From a virus (taxonomy: Duplodnaviria > Caudoviricetes): a stretch of DNA of 42,461 nt. Positions 15,983 through 23,557 of this stretch are shown here, in pieces. The DNA is taken from the IMG/VR virus record IMGVR_UViG_3300036798_000335, positions 1 to 42,461 of that record. One strand, given 5' to 3'. Both the position numbers and the translations under genes were made by a program. The notes beneath the pieces are model-generated. The model did no database searches. It was not told the origin of the DNA and saw nothing but the letters and a program-made list of their open reading frames with translations. How positions within the stretch are numbered: the stretch's first letter is position 1; each line of letters starts with the position of its first letter.

Positions 15983-16016
15983 GTGGTGATTCTCCTTGTG
16001 TGGTGATTGCTTAATG

Positions 16017-16073
16017 GGTGCTGAGTGCACCGGAAACCCCCTTAGCGAGTAAGGGGGAATCCGCTGACCTCAG
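16017..16073 (-). promoter_or_regulatory. Conserved intergenic hairpin H2
   Basis: Near-copy of H1 (about 57 bp). The stop of the ArdC-like gene lies in its base. Confidence 0.75.
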
Positions 16074-16987
16074 CTGTCTTCGTCAGTCTCAAACGTGGTC
16101 CCGACCACCCGGTCAACGGCTTTTTGCGCTTGGGCGGCGGCCTTGATGACCAGACCGGCGTCACCGCGGAGCACGTCCAACCAGTGGGCGATGTAGCCCG
16201 CACTGGACGGAATGACCGCGGCCTGATTGATGCCAGCCAGCCCGCAGAGCATGGCCGCACCCATTTCCGCGACCAGCTCCTCAAAGCTATAGACGGGGGA
16301 GCCGAACCCTCCGAACGTTCCCTCCGCGATCCCCTGTCGGGCGAGACGGGATGTGTGTCCGGTGGAGTGAGTGATTTCGTGATAGAGGGTTGAGTAGTAA
16401 TGCTCAGCGCTGACGAAGTCGTCACGCTGAGGCAAGCAGATGGCGTCGCGGGGCGGCGCGTAGTAAGCGCGGTCGCCACCGTGGCTGAGCGATGGGCCGG
16501 ACGTCAGGTAGTCATTGACCAGGTCAGCCGCGGCCGCGATGGCCTCCACTTCGGTCCGCTCAGCCGCCGGGGCGGGCAAGCGGGCATCGGTGGACCAGTC
16601 GCACTGGTCGACGTTGAACACATGGTAGAGACGCAGTAGCGGAATGGTGCGAACGGTTGGCTTACCGTTGACGATTTCGCCGTCTTTCTTCAGTAGCTTC
16701 CAAAAGACGATCTGAGCGGACTTCTCGCCCTTGCGGACCTGTCCGCCCCGTTCCTGGATCTGACGGTACGTCCCCCAATGGCTGGACGTGTAGCCGCGTG
16801 AAGCGCCTTCCAGCATGAGCAGGAAGACGTTCACGCCCCGGTACGGTCGCCCGGTTGATAGGGACATCGGCAGCCCGTAGCTGGATGCACTCCACGGTTG
16901 ATGCCACGGGACGGTGCCGGATTCGAGTGCTTCCAGAATCGACTTGGTGGTTTCGGCCGCGGCGTCGCGTACGGTCTTTGTAGGCAT
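16070..16987 (-). CDS. ardC: ArdC-family antirestriction protein (ssDNA-binding domain plus MPTase metallopeptidase domain)
   Basis: VPWHQPW, TGRPYRGVN, WGTYRQ..GGQVRKGEK, VFNVDQ, YYSTLYHEITHSTGH and YSFEELVAEMGA motifs. Confidence 0.9.
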   Translation of the reverse strand: MPTKTVRDAAAETTKSILEALESGTVPWHQPWSASSYGLPMSLSTGRPYRGVNVFLLMLEGASRGYTSSHWGTYRQIQERGGQVRKGEKSAQIVFWKLLKKDGEIVNGKPTVRTIPLLRLYHVFNVDQCDWSTDARLPAPAAERTEVEAIAAAADLVNDYLTSGPSLSHGGDRAYYAPPRDAICLPQRDDFVSAEHYYSTLYHEITHSTGHTSRLARQGIAEGTFGGFGSPVYSFEELVAEMGAAMLCGLAGINQAAVIPSSAGYIAHWLDVLRGDAGLVIKAAAQAQKAVDRVVGTTFETDEDS

Positions 16988-17005
16988 GGTGATTTCTCCT
17001 TTGGT

Positions 17006-17066
17006 CCTAGCTGAGAACTAGGCGGACAGGCTGAGACTGGTTCAGCCCTACCGTCTATCGCTCAGC
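17006..17066 (-). promoter_or_regulatory. Intergenic hairpin H3
   Basis: GCTGAG...CTCAGC closing stem with inner stems, and the alternative hairpin CCTAG..CTAGG before the RBS. Confidence 0.65.
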
Positions 17067-17298
17067 GACGGGTGATGTTCACTCCGTTGCACATGACCGC
17101 TTCGCCCACGTTCAACGCATCGAACATGGTCCGGAAGCGATCCATGGTGCCTTCACCCATAGCCAGCGCATCCCACTTGCAGAGCGCGGCCACGTAGGTC
17201 CACCAAGCGACGTCGGGATGAGCGGTCACCCGTTGCACCTTGCTAGGACGATCAAAGCGGTTAACCGTGATTTCGTAGCGGTTGGCGTGAATATCCAT
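17062..17298 (-). CDS. Hypothetical early protein (first gene of the early operon)
   Basis: AAAGGAGAATCACCACA-ATG start motif. Confidence 0.65.
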   Translation of the reverse strand: MDIHANRYEITVNRFDRPSKVQRVTAHPDVAWWTYVAALCKWDALAMGEGTMDRFRTMFDALNVGEAVMCNGVNITRR

Positions 17299-17322
17299 TG
17301 TGGTGATTCTCCTTTGATTGAT

Positions 17323-17387
17323 TGGTGCCCGATGGCACCACGAAAGACACCAGGTCGCGTACCTGGTGTCCAACGTGCTGATATCGG
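17323..17387 (-). promoter_or_regulatory. Conserved intergenic hairpin H4 (covariant of H1/H2)
   Basis: CCGAT-ATCAG-CACG-TTG-GACACCAGGT..ACCTGGTGTC-TTT-CGTG-GTGCC-ATCGG-GCACC. Confidence 0.75.
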
Positions 17388-17574
17388 AGAGAAAACAATC
17401 ACTTTGCTTTCTTTGCTTGGTTGGCTAGCTGTCTTTCATCTAGCACGATGGGCCGCTCGGATCGTCCGAGCCTGGGTCCACCTTGATCGCGGCATTCTCA
17501 GCCTTAGTCAGCCGGGCTATGTGTGGCGCTCGTAGCGACCTGCCTGACTGCGTTCATCCGTTGTTGCTGACCAC

Positions 17575-17603
17575 ACAATACGGTAGGGCTGACAGGTAAG
17601 CAA
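17575..17603 (-). promoter_or_regulatory. SigA-like early promoter
   Basis: Minus strand TTGCTT-N17-TATTGT pointing into the early operon. Confidence 0.55.
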
Positions 17604-17878
17604 GTCATCTAGCCAGATTTCTTTGAGAAACACACATATTGGCTGGTCACGACGTATGGTTAGCAGTGCTCACTAAGCCCCTAGTCGACCGAGCTGGGCC
17701 CACACTGCCCGCTACCTACCGGCTGGTTACCGACCAGTAACGGGTAGTTCGATCATCGAACCATCGTCCAGCGTGCGAGATCACGCGCCGCGGTCACCTC
17801 ACCCTGCTGACACCACTACCATACGGCATTCTTGAAGACTATTTCATGACATTTCTACCATCCACATCATACGTGGAG

Positions 17879-18167
17879 TGCGGATAACTGTAGTTATCGG
17901 TAATGCGATGCGTGAGGATGTCCGCAATGTCCGCAAGATCCGCAAATGTCCACTTGACCGGGGCATGTGCCGGGCGCCTCAGAGGAAATAAGTACTTAGC
18001 CAGGCGGGAAAATCGTCGCAACGGCCCGCCTGCGGAAGTTCGGGGAGAGCGAGTTGTGCCATTTTGTTCTCGATGCGGAGGTGGTTTGGGTCAAAATCGC
18101 CTCTACCAGGGAGTTTATAAAAGGGGTACCCAGGTCCGCACTCCCCAAGGGTATAGAGAGATGCGGA
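17879..18167. repeat. TCCGCA/TGCGGA repeat cluster upstream of the terminase
   Basis: Copies at 17879, 17921, 17930, 17939, 18031, 18074, 18135 and 18162. Confidence 0.6.
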
Positions 18168-18220
18168 ACTGGTCCCCCCTCTTGACAGGGTCTAGATAAA
18201 AAGGTGCAGTCACCCTCGAG

Positions 18221-20143
18221 GTGGCTGCCCCCATTACCCAGAAGCAGTGGAGCATCTACGAGCAGCGTCGGGCTCGAGGCTGGTCGGTGTCGGCCGCGGC
18301 TCGGGACGCTCGGATCAATCCCACTACCTGTTATCGCCGTGAAGGTCAAGCTCAGGGGCTGGCTCCCCTGGAGCGCAAGTGGATCGATCCCAGGATCAAG
18401 GCTGTTGACCCCATGGCTTATGACTCCTTGTCCAAGGAGGCCCGCCGGGCCCTGATCGACTTTGGCTACTTCCAGAAGCGCTACTTCGGCCGGGTCGCTA
18501 CCCCTTGGCAGGTGGAAGCCGCCACTCAGGTCTTGAAGCTGTTGGGGACCTCCGACAAGGAGTTCGTGGTGGTCAACGCTCCCCCCGGGGTGGGGAAGTC
18601 CACGCTCTTCACTTTGGACCTGTGCGCCTGGTTGACCTGTCGCAACCGCGACATCCGGGGTTTGATCGGATCCAAGACCCAGACCAGTGCCGTTCGCTAC
18701 GTGCAGAGATTGAAGCGCCACCTCGAGATGGCTCTGCCTTTGAAAGGTGAGGGGGTCGAGGTCGAGCTGGGCCTCGCGTTAGATGCTACGGCCACCTTGG
18801 CCGGCGACTATGGGGCGTTTAAACCGGCCTACAAGGATCAGTGGGCCGGCGAGGCCTTCGTGGTGGCCCAGGTCGGGGGTCAGATGGTGGCCGAGAAGGA
18901 GCCCACCTGGTCCGCCTACGGGATGGACTCTGGGTTCTTGGGCATGCGCTACGACATCATCATCTGGGACGACTTGGTCGACCAACGCGTCCTCAGAACG
19001 ATTGAAAGTCGCGAGAACCAGCAGCTGTGGTGGGACACCGTGGCCGAGAAGCGCCTCGAGCCCGCTGGGTTACTCGTTCTTCAGGGTCAGCGCATGGGCC
19101 CCGATGATCTGTATCGCTACGCCCTGGACAAGCGCCTCATCCCCGAGGGCGACGAGGAACCCGACGAGAAGGTGCGCAAGTACCACCACATCGTGTTCAA
19201 GGCCCACTACGACGACAAGTGCCAGAACCACCACGCCCGCCACGCCCCCTACTACCCCGAGGGGTGTTTGCTCGACCCGAGAAGGCTCCCTTGGTCGGAG
19301 CTGCGGGGCGAGATGGCCAACATGCTCAGTAACTTCGCCGTGGTCTACCAACAGGAGGACGTCGACCCTCACGCCGCCTTGATTGATATGGCCTGGATCA
19401 AAGGGGGCACCGACCCCCACACCTCCGAGGTCTACCCGGGGTGTTTGGAGCCCGACCTCGGCATCGCCCAGTTGCCCAAGGGGCTGAGCGGCGATCTGAT
19501 CTCCATCGCCACCGCTGACCCCAGCCCCACCAAGTTCTGGTCCATTCAATGGTGGGTGGTGCGGGTGGTGGACGGGGTGGCCTACCAGCGCTACCTCATG
19601 GATCACGTCCGCCAGAAGATGGACGCCCCCGGCTTCTTGGACTGGCAGGAGAAGACCCGTTCCTTCACCGGTTTGATGGAGGATTGGCAGCAGCGCAGTG
19701 TGAGCCTGGATCTACCCATCAAGTACTGGATCGTGGAAGCCAACGCCGCTCAGCGCTTCATGTTGCAGTACGACCACGTCACCCGCTGGACGGGGGCCTG
19801 GCGGGTCAGCCTCATCCCTCACCAGACCGCGGCCAACAAATCCGATCCCAACTATGGCATCGAGGTGCTCAAGTCCGCCTATCGCTATGGTCTGGTGCGG
19901 CTGCCCTACAAGGTCGGCCCTGGGTTCATGGCCTCGGCCAAGCTCATCGACGAGGTCACCCATTGGCCCATGGGGCGCTCCGATGACTGTGTGATGGCCC
20001 AGTGGTTCCTGGAGTGGCACCTGCCCCGTTTGATCCCGGTGGGTAAACCCCTGCCCCGCATGAACCGGCCCTCCTGGCTGCGCAACTCCAACACCTGGGG
20101 CTGGCGCCGGGACCAGAAGCGATTGGAGAACGCCCGTGGCTAG
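18221..20143 (+). CDS. terL: Terminase large subunit with N-terminal HTH
   Basis: Walker A NAPPGVGKST, Walker B IIIWDD, nuclease-domain ADPS and C-terminal DDCVMA motifs. Confidence 0.88.
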   Translation: MAAPITQKQWSIYEQRRARGWSVSAAARDARINPTTCYRREGQAQGLAPLERKWIDPRIKAVDPMAYDSLSKEARRALIDFGYFQKRYFGRVATPWQVEAATQVLKLLGTSDKEFVVVNAPPGVGKSTLFTLDLCAWLTCRNRDIRGLIGSKTQTSAVRYVQRLKRHLEMALPLKGEGVEVELGLALDATATLAGDYGAFKPAYKDQWAGEAFVVAQVGGQMVAEKEPTWSAYGMDSGFLGMRYDIIIWDDLVDQRVLRTIESRENQQLWWDTVAEKRLEPAGLLVLQGQRMGPDDLYRYALDKRLIPEGDEEPDEKVRKYHHIVFKAHYDDKCQNHHARHAPYYPEGCLLDPRRLPWSELRGEMANMLSNFAVVYQQEDVDPHAALIDMAWIKGGTDPHTSEVYPGCLEPDLGIAQLPKGLSGDLISIATADPSPTKFWSIQWWVVRVVDGVAYQRYLMDHVRQKMDAPGFLDWQEKTRSFTGLMEDWQQRSVSLDLPIKYWIVEANAAQRFMLQYDHVTRWTGAWRVSLIPHQTAANKSDPNYGIEVLKSAYRYGLVRLPYKVGPGFMASAKLIDEVTHWPMGRSDDCVMAQWFLEWHLPRLIPVGKPLPRMNRPSWLRNSNTWGWRRDQKRLENARG

Positions 20144-20339
20144 AGCCCCCCGCAAACCTCAGCTGCTGCCGGCGCTGTCTCTGCCCAAGCCCGGGCCCCA
20201 GGACGCCCAGGATCAGAACAGCTTCGCCTTGAGCGCGGTGATCAGTGGCGCCCAGGTCACCGACACCGCTATCAGCGCTCTGCTCTCCGATCAGCCCGGC
20301 CTGTTCGTCAACAATCTGCGCAGCGCCACCCACCGATGA
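20136..20339 (+). CDS. Hypothetical protein
   Basis: Overlaps the terL stop; GGAG RBS. Confidence 0.5.
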   Translation: MARAPRKPQLLPALSLPKPGPQDAQDQNSFALSAVISGAQVTDTAISALLSDQPGLFVNNLRSATHR

Positions 20340-20524
20340 TGATGCACATTCGCCAGGGTCGGGGTTATGGGGCCGTTATGCGACCAGTCGATGAAGGTCT
20401 CGTGGTGGAGTGCCAACTCTGCGACTGGTCGTCGTCGTCATCGCCCATCGAGAGAGAAACGGAAGACGAACTGTTCTACGAGTGGGCAGACCACCGTCGC
20501 CGTGACCATGGGTGTACGTCATGA
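20336..20524 (+). CDS. Small Zn-finger-like protein
   Basis: CQLCDW...H...H; ATGA coupling. Confidence 0.5.
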   Translation: MMMHIRQGRGYGAVMRPVDEGLVVECQLCDWSSSSSPIERETEDELFYEWADHRRRDHGCTS

Positions 20525-20601
20525 TCGTCTGGACCGTCATCGCCGTGGTCGAGCGCCAGGTGCTGGCTCGTGATCCCACTCAACCCCTGACTGGGGGTCC
20601 G

Positions 20602-20931
20602 ATGTCCATCTTCTCGGGCAAGACCACCGTCACCCGCACCGACATCGAGTGTGTCGGGGTGTTCGCCAACCAATCCGAGGCCATGCTGGCCAGCTCGCGT
20701 TGGGCTGAGCACAATCCCGGGGGCCGCATCAAGGTCAAGGTGGCCACCCTGGACCAGATGCCGGCCGCGCTGGTGCCGCCGCCTCCCCCCGAGTGCATCG
20801 ACTGCGGGATCCGCATCTCCACCGGGATCCGCTGCCCCGAACATGAGAGGGCCTGGTTCAAAGCTCTGCGGGAGGCCGATCCCGATCTGATGCTCGAGAT
20901 CGAAGAGGCCAAGGCCAAGGCCGTGTCATGA
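20602..20931 (+). CDS. Hypothetical protein with CxxC..C..H
   Basis: Coupled to the portal start. The true start may be upstream (20512/20521). Confidence 0.5.
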   Translation: MSIFSGKTTVTRTDIECVGVFANQSEAMLASSRWAEHNPGGRIKVKVATLDQMPAALVPPPPPECIDCGIRISTGIRCPEHERAWFKALREADPDLMLEIEEAKAKAVS

Positions 20932-22874
20932 CCGCCACCGTGGAGGAGATCGTCAGCTGGTACCGCCAGCGTAAGCAGGCCGCCGGCAAGCTCCACGCCC
21001 GCATGATCGAGATCCGCGACCTCTACAACGGCGACGTCCAGGTCCCGTTGCCCGAACTAGATAGAAATGAGCAGCCCGCGGTGGCCAACCTCATTTCCCA
21101 GGGCCTGGACCAGATGGCCATGCGGGTGGCCTCCACCCTGCCCTCCATCACCTACACCCCGACCAAGCCGGGTTCGACCAAATCCGAGGAGTACGCCCGG
21201 GTGCGCCGGCTGGCCAACTACAGCTGGTGGCAGCTCAACCGGTTCGACCGGGTGCAGCGCAAGCGGTGCCGGTGGCTGATCGGCTACGCCGCCGCCCCGG
21301 TGGTGATGCGACCCAACTTCAAGAAGGGCATCCCGGGCTGGCAGGTCTCCGATCCCATGAAGACCTTCCCGGCTTTGATGGATGACACCGACATCTGTCC
21401 CATGGACTGCATCATGAGCTACAAGCGCACCCTGAGCTGGCTCATCCATGTCTTTCCGGGGCCCATGCGCACCCTCGAGCTGGGCCCCGAGCCCAATCCC
21501 GATACCGAGATCGAGCTGCTCGAGTACGTCGATGGCGACGAGCATGTGCTCATCGCCCTGGGCCGGGCTCAAGAGGAGCTGAGCCTGCCTTGGGGTTCCC
21601 CCCGACCAGCCGGCAAGCCCTACGTGGAGCTGCAGCGCATGGTCAACCGTCTGGGCCGCTGCAGCGTTGTTTATCCCACCCGCCCTTCGTTGGAGCGGCC
21701 CACCTCGCAGTTCGATGGCATGCCCCCCCTGTACAAGACCCAGGCCCGGGGCATGGCCCTGTGGCTGATCGCCGCGGAGCGGGCCATCTTCCCCGACACC
21801 TGGTTCATCAGCCGACCCAACGAGACGGTGGACGTGCTCGAGGAGCCCGACGGCCGGGCCGGCATCGTGGGGCGGGTCAAGGGCGGCGACCTGCGCGAGG
21901 TCAACTCCAACCCGTCCCCCGGCACCTCCGACATCGTGCAGCTGCTGGAGCGCAATCAGCGGGTGGGAGCCGGGCTGTCGCCGGACTTCGGGGGCGAGAA
22001 CCCCACCAACGTGCGCACCGGCCGGGCCGGCGATCAGCTGCTCAGCGCCACCGTGGACTTCTGGGTCCAGGAGGCCCAGGAGACCCTGGCTCTGTCCTAC
22101 CAGGAGGAGAACAGCCTGGCCATTCAGATCATGCGCGAGTACTTCGGCAACGAGCGCAAGTTCTTCGTGGTCAACTTCAAGAAGGTCAAGGGCAACGCCG
22201 ACTACATCCCCCTGATCCACTTCGACTCCGACAACAACGTGGTGTCCTGGCCGGCGGTGGGTTCGGATGTCAACAGCCTGGCCATCGGCATGGGCCAACG
22301 CCTGGGGCTGGGGGAGATGTCCATCCGTACCGCCCAGGATATGGACCCCTACATCGACGACTCCGAGCGCGAGCACCGCCGGCTGACGGCCGAATCCATG
22401 GAGAAGGCCATGATGTCGGCCGTCGACCAGGCCGTGGCCTCCGGTCAGATCGGCCCCCTCGAGGTGGCCCGCATGGTGCAGCTGGTCCGCTCCGGCGAGA
22501 TGGAACTGTATGAAGCGTTCCAGAAGATCCACCAGGAGATTCAGGAACAGGCACAACAATCGCAACAGGCGCAGGGGCCTCAGGGCGCTCTACCTCCTGG
22601 TCCCGGTGGTCCCGGTGGCCCGGGGGGTCCGGGTGGCCCGGGGGGTCCGGGTGGCCCCATGGGTCCGGGCGGTCCGCCGGGTCCGGGCGGTGCTCCCGGC
22701 GGTGCTCCCGGCGGGCCTCCGGGGCTCATGAATCCCGGGGTCGCGGCCCAGCTCGGCCTGATGGGCGGCCAGGGTGGGCCCAACGTCCCCAGCCAGAGCC
22801 TGGCTGCGCCTTCTCCGGGGGTGCAGCACATGGCTCAGCTCTTCAGCGCGCTACGGCCCAGGCGGGTGCAGTAG
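20928..22874 (+). CDS. Probable portal (head-tail connector) protein
   Basis: Size and position after terL, mainly helical, Q/G/P-rich low-complexity C-terminus as in podovirus portals. Confidence 0.75.
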   Translation: MTATVEEIVSWYRQRKQAAGKLHARMIEIRDLYNGDVQVPLPELDRNEQPAVANLISQGLDQMAMRVASTLPSITYTPTKPGSTKSEEYARVRRLANYSWWQLNRFDRVQRKRCRWLIGYAAAPVVMRPNFKKGIPGWQVSDPMKTFPALMDDTDICPMDCIMSYKRTLSWLIHVFPGPMRTLELGPEPNPDTEIELLEYVDGDEHVLIALGRAQEELSLPWGSPRPAGKPYVELQRMVNRLGRCSVVYPTRPSLERPTSQFDGMPPLYKTQARGMALWLIAAERAIFPDTWFISRPNETVDVLEEPDGRAGIVGRVKGGDLREVNSNPSPGTSDIVQLLERNQRVGAGLSPDFGGENPTNVRTGRAGDQLLSATVDFWVQEAQETLALSYQEENSLAIQIMREYFGNERKFFVVNFKKVKGNADYIPLIHFDSDNNVVSWPAVGSDVNSLAIGMGQRLGLGEMSIRTAQDMDPYIDDSEREHRRLTAESMEKAMMSAVDQAVASGQIGPLEVARMVQLVRSGEMELYEAFQKIHQEIQEQAQQSQQAQGPQGALPPGPGGPGGPGGPGGPGGPGGPMGPGGPPGPGGAPGGAPGGPPGLMNPGVAAQLGLMGGQGGPNVPSQSLAAPSPGVQHMAQLFSALRPRRVQ

Positions 22875-23072
22875 ATGGGAGCGTCGATACGGATCATGGA
22901 CCCGATTACTTCTTCGACTCGGTGTGGGGTGCCGTTCCCGATGGTCATGGGCGACGGCTTCGTGGTCCGTTGCGAGCGGGATGTGGATCATGCCGGCGAG
23001 CACCGCGGCGCCATTATCGATCTGTCCGATCCGTTCGAGTGGCCTGACATCGTCCACTGGATGACTGACTGA
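22875..23072 (+). CDS. Small hypothetical protein (C..C..H..H)
   Basis: Abuts the portal stop and overlaps the next start. Confidence 0.5.
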   Translation: MGASIRIMDPITSSTRCGVPFPMVMGDGFVVRCERDVDHAGEHRGAIIDLSDPFEWPDIVHWMTD

Positions 23073-23557
23073 TGCCGCGCACTCGTCCGGCCGGGGGCAT
23101 GCGGGGCGGCACCCCGGGCACCGCATATCCCAACCGGACCGATCTGGCCAAGCAGCCTAATCTGCCGGCTCGAGTAGCCACCGGCCAGACCTACGGCAAA
23201 GCCCAGCAACAGCTGCAAGCGCAACGGACGGTGCCCATGGCCCCACCCCCTACGCTGGCTCCGCCGAGTGGACCACCGCCGGCCGCTCCGGGCGGGGCGC
23301 CACCGGCTCCTCCCCCTGGTCCCGGTATCCCGCCCGGGGCCTTCGGTGATCTCCACCGTCCCACCGAGCGGCCCATGGAGCCGGTCACGGCCGGCGCCGC
23401 CCTCGGGCCTGGGCCCGGCATGGAGGCGCTGGGGTTGACTGCGCCCACCAATCAGCCCACCACCCAGTTGTCCGGTCTGCTGGCTTCGATTGCGCAGAGC
23501 ACGGGCAACGCCAACCTGGGCGCACTGGCGGCTAAAGCCGCCGCCAACGGGCAGTAA
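23072..23557 (+). CDS. Pro-rich conserved virion-associated protein
   Basis: YPNRTDL, GQTYG and PTERPMEPVTAGAALGPGPG; operon coupling. Confidence 0.65.
   Translation: MPRTRPAGGMRGGTPGTAYPNRTDLAKQPNLPARVATGQTYGKAQQQLQAQRTVPMAPPPTLAPPSGPPPAAPGGAPPAPPPGPGIPPGAFGDLHRPTERPMEPVTAGAALGPGPGMEALGLTAPTNQPTTQLSGLLASIAQSTGNANLGALAAKAAANGQ

Noticed and set aside
15179-17387. Hairpin repeats as a CRISPR array
   Set aside because: They are separated by whole genes rather than ~35-bp spacers, they vary in sequence, and no cas operon is present.
18182-18216. TTGACA as the terL promoter
   Set aside because: The -35 is perfect but there is no convincing -10 at 16-18 bp spacing.
22590-22725. GGP/GPG tandem repeats as a collagen domain or DNA repeat element
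   Set aside because: This is a low-complexity coding tail of the portal-like protein.
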